DNA of 64,000 bases from Cyanophora paradoxa CCMP329 (lineage: Eukaryota > Plantae > Glaucophyta). Positions 25,211 through 36,449 of this stretch are shown piece after piece (the stretch's first letter is position 1; each line of letters begins with the position of its first letter). The position numbers and the translations under genes were made by a program. The notes beneath the pieces were generated by a model. That model ran no database searches, was not told the DNA's origin, and was given only the letters and a program-made list of their open reading frames with translations. The stretch covers positions 124,001 through 188,000 of the forward strand of contig QPMI01000593.1 in assembly GCA_004431415.1 (NCBI GenBank), given 5' to 3'.

Positions 25211-26377
25211 GCGGCGCGCAGGGGTACGGAGCCCGAGCAGGACGCTGGCCATATAGCAGGGCGCGGCGGGCACTTGTGCCTGGGGCGCTGCCGGCCCTCT
25301 CATCCCCGCTTTTTGAGGGGGCCGCTGGCGTCCCATCACGTACTAAGATACTTAAAGCTTTTATTTGCATATCCATGCACCTTCGATATTGATGACGAGC
25401 CCAGTTAAGCGAGTTCTTATCATCAGAAGCAGCCGCAATTTGTATTGAAGCTCTACTTTCCGCCCGAAGTCGTACGAGAATGTCACTTTGTGCTACGTAT
25501 ACGGTAGATATCGATGTTAACGTTGCCCTTTAGTTAGGCCCATACTTAGTAGGCCGCGGTAGGCGTACCACCAGCCACAGTCCAGCCACAGTCCGGTACT
25601 AGCTTAGGCTTGCCAGCGCAAGTTGCAATTGCTCTATTTTCGGTTTGTAGAAATTAATTCCACGATTCGAAGCGTACGGTGACTGCGTACCCCAGCCGCT
25701 GGTGAACTCATGATCATGATCAGGATATCGATCAGACTCTCAGAGCGCGCGACCCGCGTCGACGACCAAGCCGGCCGCGGGGAACGGGTGCGCAGCTGCA
25801 AGCCGGGAAGAAGCCGTCTTCTGCGAAGAAGGCGCCGAATTAATCATAACTTTTAGTAATATTCGAAATTAAAGGCGGCCTGCCGCGGCCAGTGGCCGAC
25901 CGTCGGACGCCGAGCGGCAGGCGTTCGAGGCCGAGAAGGCTGGGCTGAAGAGCCGCGGAGCAAGCCGACAGCTGCAGGCCTAGGATGGCGGATGAAGCGG
26001 AGCTCAGCGGCTAGGCCTAGGACGAGCTTTTCCCGGGTCCAGGCGGACTCCGGGAGCCGGGAGCTCGATCGCAAGCTCGAGGTGCGCATATGCGTGCCTC
26101 ATGATCAGTGCCCGCAGCTGGCCCGGCCCGTAGCCCGTGGGCTGTCGGCCATGGCCAGCGGCGGCGTCCGACGGTCGTAGAAAAATCATTAATATTCAAT
26201 TACAATTAGTTACTGACGCCGACTCGGCGACGCCCGCCGCCCTGCCACATGCGCATGCGCAGGCCTTCTACTCGTCCGATAGGGAGCCCCAGGCGTAGCT
26301 ATAGATGCGATGAGTCGAGATCCCATATGCATATACATGTGCTCCGCTTCTCGTGCAAGCGGAGTTCTCGATTCGAT

Positions 26378-29300
26378 TCAGTGCGCGTGGGAGTGCTCGT
26401 AGAGGCGCGGGGTGGTGAAGGCGAGGACGTTGACGAAGCGGGGGAGGCCGACGATGAAGGGGTACAGCACCACCTTGCCCAGGAGGAGGGCGAGGGGCAC
26501 GCGGTTGGCGACGAGGAAGCCGGCGGCGTGGGCGAAGGAGCGGCGGGCGACGGGGCGCGCCGCGGAGAGGGCGGCCGCCGTCGCGAGGAAGAGCGCCAGC
26601 GGGAGCAGGCCCGAGGCCACGGAGAAGGCGAGCGAGGCCCGCCGCTCCCCGCCGTCCTTCGCCCTGCCCGCCCGAGTTGGCGCTAGGGGGGCGCGAGAGG
26701 GGGGGGGGGGGGGGGGGGGGCGCGAGGGGGGGGGAGGGGTGGGGGAGGGGGCACATGAAGGGGTAGGTCTCGTGGAGATGGACCAGGGTGCGACGTGAGG
26801 GAGACGGTCAGCGCGAACTGCGCGCTCGCGAGAAACGCAGAGAGGGCCTGCGGGGGTACGCGAATGAGCGCCGGCGGGGGTACACGATCGGGCGGGCGGG
26901 GGGTACGCGGGCGGGCCTGGATGAGCATGAGGACGGCGACCTTGCGGTGGACGCGGGCCGCCAGGTCCGCCGCGCGCAGCCCCGCGGCGACGTCGGCGGG
27001 CCCGGGCGGGCGGCGCGGCGCCGCCGCCCCCGCCCCGCGCGAGGGCCGGGGCGGGCCGAGCGGGCCGCCGCCCCAGGACGAGGACCCCTCAAAGGAGACG
27101 CGGTCGAGCCGCAGGGGGTACGGCTCGCCCAGGCCCAGGCCTCCCAGCGAGCGGCCGTCGGGGTACAGCGGCGCCCGCAGCGGGGGGAGGGCGGCCGGCG
27201 GGAGGAGGGGCAGGTAGGCGGGTGCGAGGCCGGGGAGGCCGCCGCCGCCGGTGGGGGGGGAGGGGCTCCGGGAGTTGGAGGGGAGGGGGGTGAGTGCGAT
27301 GGAGGAGGGCCGCCGGGAGGTGGAGGGGAGGGAAGCGAGGACGACGGAGGAGGGCCGACGGGGGCGGCCGCCAGGGGGTTCATCGGAGGGGTACACGCGG
27401 CGGGGCGCGAGCTGAGGCGAGGAGAAGGGTCGGGGGGAGGCGGGGGCCGAGCGCCTGGCGTGGCCGGGGGATCCCCGCAGGGAGACGGCGGGGCTGAGGG
27501 GGATCGAGGGGCGGCGGGAAGGGCGGCGGGAGGCGGCGGCGAGGCGGCGGGAGATGCGGCCGGAGGGGGAAAGAGAGCGGAGGGAGGAGGAGGCGGCGGC
27601 GGCGGCGGAGACGCCCCCGGCGAGGAAAAAGCGCTGGGCGAGGGCGAGGGCAGTGCGGCCGATCCGCCCGTCGTCGCTGAAAAACGCCAGCGCCGGCGCC
27701 AGGAGCGTCACCGCGTCGACCGCGAGCCCCGCGAAGAAGACCTGGGGTGGTACGGTCACGGGGCGGGGCGGGGCGGGAGGGGAGGAGCGGGGGGGGGGGG
27801 TACGGGGCGCGGGGCGCACGCCGGGGCTGTGGACGAAGCCGAAGCAGACGGTCTTGAAGACACGGTTGGAGGAGAGGAGGTATGCAAAGAGGAGCACGTC
27901 GCCGTCCGTCGAGGAGGGCGCGGCGGCCGCCCCCCGCTCGGGCCGCCTCCGGGGCTCGACGGAGCGGGGGCAGGCCGGCCCCAGCGAAGGCGAGGCGGGG
28001 GCGGCGGGCGGGGGCGGCGGATCGAAGGCGCGGTCAGCGAGGCGGAGGAGGAAGGGGCGGTCCGGGGGCGGCGCGGCGCGCAGGCCGGGGCGCCAGCTCG
28101 GGAGGAGGTCGCGCAGGCCAAAGGCGGAGGGGGCGGAGCGGAGGGAGGGCCCGAAGAGGGCCGAGAGGGCCCACGAGGAGCCGAAGATGAACAGCGACAT
28201 CACCTGCGGGGCGTACGGGTACCGAGGATCAGGGGGGTACCGGTCTGGGGCCGTTGCCGGGCGGGGCGCCGGCGCCGCGCGCGCATGCGCACCGCGTTGG
28301 CGAGGGCCTGCGTCCATGTGTACCGTCGTCCAAGCCCGTCGAGGAGGCTCATGCCGATCATGTACCCCATCTCGGCGACGAGGAGGAGGGAGGGTATGCA
28401 GAGGAAGAGGATGCAGGCGCGGGCGCGGCGCCAGGACTGGGAGCGGAGGAAGGGGCCCCCGCCCCAGGGGGCCTCGTGGAGGGCCCACAGGCGCCAGCTC
28501 ACGAACGCCGTCGCCGCGATGAGGAGGCAGTACCTGCGGAGACCGCGCGGCTCGGAGGGGGGGAGGGGGAGGGGGCGGGGGCGGGGGCGGGGTGCGCGCG
28601 CGCCACCAGAAGCCGAAGAGGCCGGCCCAGCCGGGCACGGCGCGGGAGAGGTCCACGCCGGCGGCGGTGGCAACGCCGGTGCCCCAGAAAAGCAACTGGA
28701 CGAACAGGAGCGCGGCGGCCACCCAGGGCTCGCCCTGCGCGGCGGGCGAGGCTCGAATCCGGTGGGGGTATGGGGGCGAGGGCCGGGGTGGGGCGAGGCC
28801 GCACCGGGCGCCGCCTGAGGAAGAGGGACCAGAAGATAACGGGAAAGCCCTGCGGCGAGTTGAGGGCGGGGCGGGGGCGGGGCGGGGAAAGGGAAGGGAG
28901 GGGCGGCGGCCCCGGGCCCGCCCCGCACCAGCAGGGGGCTGACGAGGACGGCGACGACGGCGGTCTGGCAGACGAAGGAGAGCTTGTGGAAGGGTATGAG
29001 GAGCCAGCTGCGCGCGCCGCTTAGGAGCCTTAGGAGGCTGGGCGCGGGCTCGTGCGCACGGGGCGACGACGAGGAGGCCGTAGGCGACTATGCCGAGGAA
29101 GGAGCCGGCGGCGGCCGCGGCGGAGGGCGCCGGCAGCGCCCCGCCCCGCTCCGGCTCCGGCCCGCACGAGAAGGCGCTCGAGCTCCGGACCCAGGGCCGC
29201 TCGTCGGGATCGATGTCGGGCGCGGGCGGCGCTTTCAGCGGCGATCTCGAGGCGGGCGTGGCGGGCTCTGCGCCGGCGTCGATGGAGCTTTCCCGGGTGC

Positions 29301-29469
29301 TGTAGCTGTGGGCGAGCTCGGTCGCCTCGGGCTCGGGCTCGGGCACGAGCCCTTGCAATTGGCCATGGCTGCAGCTGGCGGCGGTCCCACAGATGGGCGA
29401 TCGCGAGCTCGAGGGGGGCGAGGGCGGGCAGGCGCAGGGCCCGCGAGCTCGAGCGGCCTCGAGGTCCAT
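26378..29469 (-). CDS. Multi-pass membrane protein of unknown family with a large Ser/Pro/Arg-rich loop
   Basis: At least 8 hydrophobic segments (FLGIVAYGLLVV; WVAAALLFVQLLFW; ACILFLCIPSLLLV; VFFAGLAVDAVTLL; VAVLMLIQ/ALSAFLA; GLLPLALFLATA); ends ...RLYEHSHAH*. Confidence 0.65.
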
Positions 29470-31742
29470 ATTTATACTGACGTTGAAGCGCGCGTGCACG
29501 TGCGCGTTGATGACGCCCTCGAGCTCGGGCCCGGGGCCGCCGCTGCCGACGCCCCCTAGAGCCGACGCCGCCGGAAATTGCAATTGCCTCGAATCGAAGC
29601 TGGGCCGGGGCGCTGCAGCTGCACCGCGAATCGATCCGTGTCGGGCCGCGGTCCAAGCCACGCAGAAATCAGACGCACAGCGCTAGCTGCAGGATGCGCG
29701 CGCCACCGAAACCGCTGGGACTTGAACTCCGGCGGGTAGTCGGCGCAGAAAGCAGCTGATCGATATCAAAACTAAAGTTGATCCTGCCAAATGGCGGCGG
29801 CCGACACATGGGGCGCCGACGCGCCGTGCACGTGCTTGTCGCGACACAAGCTCAAGAAGCTAGCGCTTGATCATGAACTTGAACCAAGGATCGTACGCGT
29901 CGACGTCGACGGCGCCGGAGCGCGATCTCGATCGGTCGCGGCCGGCCAAGCGCGGACTGTGGGTCGCATCCGGGGATCCCGCCGTCATCCCCGGATTCCC
30001 GGCGCGGGCACCGCCGCGCGCGCGGCGATTCCCGGTTATCAGGGGTATGACAGGCCGGAAACCCTCTTTTCCAGATGTCCCAGAACTGTATGATTTTAAA
30101 AAAGGAGTTCGCGGCGTCTGAGGGGCTTCGTTTGTGCAAAAACATGGAGCATTATACGACTAGACCCGATATCTTTGCAGCCAGGCGGCGTCTATGAACT
30201 GGGCTCCGTATGGTCGACCTTGCAACCACGCACAAGCGCTAGCACGCAGTTCTGGGCGCCGCAAGCAGCTGCGACATGAGGCGCAGGCCAAAACGCAACG
30301 TTTCAGCTAGTTAGCCCGCCGCTTAGAGTGACGACGTCGACAGGCGGCCAGCAAGGGGGGTACGCATTGCAGCCAGCAAGCACGACGTCACTCTGCGCCC
30401 GCAGACCGTCGGACTCTGCAGGCGCAGCGCTAGCACCGCACGTGAGCAGCTGTGCGGCCGGCCGCACGCATGTGATCGTGAGCAGCTCTGCTTGAAAATC
30501 GCGAGCTCGTTGTGATTAGCAGCTATAGGACGCGGAGCGGCAAGCGCACTATAGAGCTAGAACAAGTATACAGCATAAGGAATCTATATTAGCTACACGC
30601 GCGCATTTGCCGCCCTCTCGCTCGCGTGTGCACGTACGCGTGGTCATTTGACCACACATGTACAGCATATGCATGCGCAGCATATGCATATCGCGCAGCT
30701 GCAGCTGCAACTTGCAACCGAGAGCCGGACACTTAGCAGCTCATCTAACACTGTGAGTCGCCTTACTTTGAAGCTACATAAACTGCCTAACTTGCTCGCA
30801 GCGCTAATCCAATCGCTCTCTGTGGCGTGTGGCCAATTGGCCACACAGCAGCTGAACAGAGAAGCGAGCCTTTTCACGGCGCTCGCTGAGGCTGGTTGGC
30901 TGGAAACTGCTTCGATGCATGATGCATGAGCGCACCTTCTGACTACCGAGCTCCCGGACGAATGCTGCCGGCTTGCCGAGGGGGGGGGGGTGGCGGGGGG
31001 GTATCAGTTCTCGCCAGCTCCCGCAGCTGACGGGGACCGCGCCGGGCCCCAGCTTGTGGCTGCAAAAGAACGCATATGCGCCGCGCATGCACGCCTTGCT
31101 CGCTAGACCCGCCGTAAGCGCCCCAGTGCTGAGCAGCACGCGGACGCCGCGACGTATATGGGATGACCACTGCTGGCGAGCTCCCGCGTATTTGCAATAG
31201 ATGTACAGCATGCCATACACCACTCCTGCTTGCATATTTACGCCCCCTGCGCCCCGCACTCGATACACACAAGGCATATACATACTTCATAGGATTGGCG
31301 CATTAGAACGCTAGTATTACCGGCCTGTCTAGCCCCTCGCACCCGGTTTCGCCACTGATTCGCCAGCTCGGCAGCTGCAGCTGCAGGCCGCCGCCGGCGC
31401 CCGGGAAGCGTACGCGTGCGCGTCGATCGACGTCACACATCCCATCCACGCACATACATATACGTGCGCCATCAATGAAAATTGCATGCGCCAGCTAGGG
31501 TACCACGCCGCGGTCCACGCGTACGGTAGAGGAAGTTGTGAGGAACTTGAGGAACTTATCGGGCTCGGATCGCTCTAGCTAGCTAGCTAGCGCTCGAGCT
31601 GAAGGGATGATACTGCGGCATGCCTAGGGGAGCTGGGCTGCTCGCCCATGATCATGCAACCGCAGCCGGCGCCGGCGCGATCGGTTGTGCGGCCTGGGCC
31701 GGCGACCGGACCCGGACCCTGACGGGATCGCGAATTTTTCAA

Positions 31743-31815
31743 GCTCTTGTGGCTCAGCCGGTAGAGCGTTCGGCTGTTAACCGAAAGGTCCCTGGTTCGA
31801 GCCCAGGCAGGAGCG
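31743..31815 (+). tRNA. tRNA-Asn (GTT)
   Basis: Intact cloverleaf, preceded by tttttcaa and followed by short T runs. Confidence 0.96.
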
Positions 31816-32148
31816 TTTGCCCCTTTCTCCCCTCCGCCCTCTCGAATTCGCCCTTTTCGCCCCGGGCCCGGCCCGCTCAGGGATCCCGCGGCCGCGGGCC
31901 GCGCGCAGTACTATAGCTAGGCTATAGCTAGCTAGCTAGCTAGCGCTTGAGCTTAAGGGGTGACTCTGCAGCTGCGGGCAGTCTGCGCCGCTCTGCGGCC
32001 CGCGGCATGCCTAGGAGAGCCGCTCATGATCAACCGCCGCGCGGCGCGGCCGCGAGCGGCGCCGGCCGCGGCGCGCGCCGGCGCGATCGGTTGTGCGGCC
32101 TGGGCCGGCGACCGGACGCGGACCCTGACGGGATCGCGAATTTTTCAA

Positions 32149-32221
32149 GCTCTTGTGGCTCAGCCGGTAGAGCGTTCGGCTGTTAACCGAAAGGTCCCTG
32201 GTTCGAGCCCAGGCAGGAGCG
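32149..32221 (+). tRNA. tRNA-Asn (GTT)
   Basis: Identical copy 406 bp downstream. Confidence 0.96.
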
Positions 32222-32492
32222 TTTGCCCTTTTCCCCTCTCGGGGCCCCTTTCATCAAATTCCCGTGGGCTTTGCAGAGCGTTTGCCCCTTCAGCGAACTG
32301 ACCCAGCTTGCGCGCGTGTTTTCGTGACAGGAAACTGGTGGGCTTCGGGCTGCAGGCTGCAGGCTCGTCGTCGTAGGCGTACCCCTCTTCGGTTGCCGCG
32401 CTCACCGCACCTTCGTATTGGCCAGCACCGTCACAGTCCGCTGCGAGCCAGGAGCCTCAAACACCCAGCCGACCTTGCAGCCGGTCGGCGCG

Positions 32493-35400
32493 ATGCGGGT
32501 GCAGCCGGCGAGCTTGCACCGCGTGTGCCAGGAGGACGACTATGTGAACTGCGCCGTTCTAATCGATGCCAAGGCCGATATCAATGAGCGCGAGAAGGTG
32601 CGCCGCCGCTGAGCCTGGCATCGCATATCTCGGCGTGCTACCAGCGCTCCCGGTCCGCCCGACGAGCGGGCGACGCGTGTCACGCGAGCGAGGGCCCTGC
32701 CGGCGCATAGGACCACCCGAGCGCCGCGCCGCTGCCGGAACTGCATCTCAGGGCCGTAACCGCCTGGCGCAGGACACGGGGAGGACGCCGCTGCACGTCG
32801 CGGCGATGTGCGGGAGCCTGAACTGCGCGGCCCTGCTCATCGACTACGGGGCCCAGATCGACTCGCGGGACTCCTCCAACTACACCCCGCTCCATGCGGC
32901 CTGCATGACTGGCCACTGGAAGGCGGCCGAGCTCCTCCTCAAGCACGGCGCCGGTGCGCCGCCCGGCCCGCGTCCCCGCGAGCCACGCCCGCCGCCGCCG
33001 CCGACGCGCCGCGCCGGCCGCCGGCCGCAGACGCGAACGACAGCCGGAACCGGAACGGGAGGACGCCGCTGCACACGGCGGCGGCGGCCGGCTCGATGGA
33101 GTGCGTGAAGAAGCTGATCGATTTCGGGGCGCGGCTGGACGCCAAGGACGAGGGCGGCTACACGCCCCTCCACAGCGCCGTCTTCGCGGGGCAGGACCGC
33201 GTCGTCGCCATGCTCCTCGACTACGGCGCCCAGGCCCGCCCGCCCCCGCCCCCCGCCCGCCCTTCTTAGGCTCTTGGGCTGACCGGCGGCCTCGCGGGCA
33301 GGTGGACGCGAAGGACATCTTTGGGGACACGCCGCTGCACCTCGCGGCCCGCTCCGGCGAGGTCGAGTGCGCCCGCCTCCTCATCCAGAAGATCAACGAG
33401 CCCGGTCCTTACAACTTCTCTTGCTTGCTTTCCTTTTCCTTCCTTATTCGGAGGGCAGGTGGCGACCCGAAGCGGATGGACGCGGTGAACAACTACGGGC
33501 GGACGCCGCGGCAGCTGGCCAAGGACAAGGCGCACCGGGAGATCGTGGACCTGCTCGCCCGCTCGGGGGCCGCCGAGGGCGACGCCAGCGTCGCCGGCTC
33601 CGTCGCCGGCTCCCAGCGCGCCCTGGACTTGAACGCCCCCGAGCGCGGGGGGTACAGCCGCTCGGGGGCGGCCACCCCGGGGCTGGCTCCGGCCGGCGGG
33701 GACGGGTACGGGCAGCCGCAGCGGCCTGCCTCGGCGTGGGACCGGGCGGGGTACGAGCGCGCCTACGGGGAAACGGAGCGGTCCCTGGACCAGGGGGCGG
33801 CCCCCCAGGGGGGCGGCTTCCGCCCCGCCTCGCCCCTGCGGGGCTCGCGGGGCCTGCCGGGGGCGCGCCGGGCCCAGTCGCCCTACTACGCGACCGGCGC
33901 CGGCGGAATGCGGCCGGCCGGCGCCGGCGCCGCGGGGGCGCCCCGCCGCAGGAGCCGCGCCTGCTCCCGCACAACAGCTCCTTCGGGGCGGGGCGGGCCC
34001 GGCGCTGGCCGAGCCCGGCGGCGGCGGCGGCGGCCCCGCGCAGGCGCCCTCGCGGGTCTTCCACATGGCGGAGGCGTGGCGGCAGCACGGGACGATCGCT
34101 GCCGACCCGGCGCTGCTCGCCCGCTCCTACCTCGGCGACACTGCCTCCGCCGGCGCCGGGCCCGCCCGCAGCGCCGCCCCGGGGCGCGCCCCGGCTACGG
34201 CTCGGGGTACGCCACTCCGGCCGCGCCGTTCGGGGAGGGCCCCGCGGGGCCGGCCGCGCCGCCGGCGGGCGGCCTGCACAACTCGCTGGGGGCCCACCAC
34301 GCGTCCACGCGGAGCATGGGCGGCGACCCGGGGCCGGGCGGGGGCGGGGGCCCCTCGGAGTCGTTCGCGGCGGCGCGGCAGCGCGCGGCGTCGGCGTTCG
34401 ACCCGAACAGCCGCTTCGACTTCGCGGGGGGGACCTCCGGCGAGGCGCGGGCGCGGGTGGCGCAGCTGCAGGAGGAGCTGCGGGCGCGCGACGCCGAGAT
34501 CGCCCGCCTCCGCGCGGACGTCGACTCGCTCCTCCGCGACCGCGCCGCCACCGAGCCCCTCCGCAAGCGCTGCGCCGAGGTTTGCCGGTTTGCTGCACGC
34601 CCCTAGGAGACCGGCGACCGATCGCCCGCCGCGCAGCTGGAGGGGGAGAACGCTCACCTTCGCGAGGAGAACAAGCGCATCCTGGAGGAGGCCTCCCACG
34701 ACCGGGGTACGCCATTCTCCTCGCTCTCGAGGGGGGTACACCGTATCCCGAAAACGACGCCGTACCCAGAGCTGGCGCGGCGGCTGGACGGGGCCATCGC
34801 GTCGATCCGGCAGCAGTGCCAGGACGAGGTCAACGCCGCCGCCGGCCGCGTGCGCCCCGATTTGATCTCCGATTTGATCTCGAATTTGATCTCTGATTTG
34901 ATCGCAGGCGAGGGCCCTGGAGCAGGAGCTTGAGCGGCTGAGGGGCGCCGGCCCGGGCTTCGGGGCGGGGCCGCCGGCCCCGGCGCCCCGCGATGGGCCC
35001 GCCGGTGGGCCCTACGGCTACGCCCGGCGGGACGAGCCGCCTCCGCCGCCGCCGGCGTACTACGGCGGCGGCGCCCCTCGCAGTGGGGCCGGGGGCGATG
35101 ATGGACGGGGCGCAGGGCCCGCTGCCCCCGCAGCAGGACCGCCTGCAGTTCTTCGGGCCCCGGGGCGTCCCCGGCCCGCAGCCGCACCCGTCGCAGGCGC
35201 CGCAGCAGCCGCAGCAGCCGCAGCCGCAGCCGCAGACGCCGCAGCGGGAGGGGAGCTCGCTGCCCAACCCCTTCGCGGGGCTCTTCGGCGGCTCGGACAA
35301 GAAGGAGAAGGGCGAGGGCGGCTTCCGCCTTGGCGGCCTCGAGAAGCTCTTCTCGTTCGGCAAGTCGGACGAGGACGAGGAGCAGGAGCGGCGCCGCCGG

Positions 35401-35992
35401 GCGGCCGCCCGCTCCGACCGGCCGGCCCCGCTCGGCGGGCCCGCCGGCGCGGGCGGCGCGGGCGGCATGGGCGGCATGGGCGGCGGGGCGGAGGCCTACT
35501 TCGCGAACAGCCGCTCGCAGGATTCGGCGTACGCCGGCGACTACGGCAACGGCAGCGAGGCGCGGCCCCCGCCCTTTGCCGCACTGAGACGGGGGCCTGA
35601 GGAGCCGCGCAGGTCAGCGGCGGCTTCGGCAGCCGGCCGGGCGGCGGGGGCGGCTCCATGGGGCGCCGCATGGGCGGCGGCACCGCGCACAGCATCGCGG
35701 TGCGCCCGCCCCGCCTCCGCCCCAGCTCTTTTTCGCGGCCCGCTCACCCGTTCCATCCTCCCTCCCCCTCCTCTGCGCAGCCCGGCACGACGATCAACCG
35801 CGGTGCGCCTCTGCTCTCTCGGATCAAAACACAAGCCGCCCGACCCGCGCGGCTGCTCACTGACGTGAACGCGCGCACGCAGACCCCCGGACGGGGCTGC
35901 TCCTTCCCAAGCCGCTGGAGAGCTACGCGTTCGGCAAGCAGGGCGGGCCGGGCCCCGGCCCCGGCGCGCCGGGCCCCATGCACGTCATGTGA
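32493..35992 (+). CDS. Ankyrin-repeat protein (~6-7 repeats) with a Gly-rich linker and coiled coil
   Basis: GRTPLHVAA, YTPLHAAC, GRTPLHTAA, GYTPLHSAV, GDTPLHLAA; coiled coil RVAQLQEELRARDAEIARLRADVDSL. Confidence 0.9.
34859..34903 (+). repeat. Intronic 12-bp tandem repeat (gatttgatctcN) x~4
   Basis: gatttgatctcc-gatttgatctcg-aatttgatctct-gatttgatc lies immediately before a cgcag acceptor. Confidence 0.8.
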
Positions 35993-36449
35993 TCGCGACG
36001 CCGCGATTTTTGACCCTCGTTTCGAATTCGCTTACGTTAGACGCTTCCCGCCTTCGCTCTGTTTTTGAGGGGCCCCCGGCCGGGCCCCTTCTCACAGCTA
36101 GGCTTGAAACTCAGCACTCGCCCTTTCCGCGCTGCGCCTCGAGCTCTAGCGTAGCTCGGCGCTACAATCTTTACACAGATGTCGATATTATCGATTCATG
36201 TAGATGCGAGTCACGCGACAGGACTCAAATATGACACTAGACGAACGGATGGCACAGCTGCAGTGGCACTGTACACACAAAATCACATCCCGAACGGGCC
36301 TACGCGAATAAAAGAGCTTGAAACCATTACGCTTCCTAGTCCATAAAGCAAAGCTTGAAAACGACCGGCCACTACGCCAAAACCGCTTACACATATGCAT
36401 CCCAAAGAAACAAGCGAGATGAGGGTACCCCCCGGGTTCCCCCCCCCAC

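Larger units (their letters stand above)
31661..32378 (+). repeat. Right arm of the ~720 bp inverted repeat carrying two tRNA-Asn genes
   Basis: Reverse complement of 20889-21608. Confidence 0.95.

Noticed and set aside
29791-31290. Short ORFs in the tract between the membrane-protein gene and the right tRNA arm
   Set aside because: No recognisable motifs, atypical codon usage and no consistent splice structure
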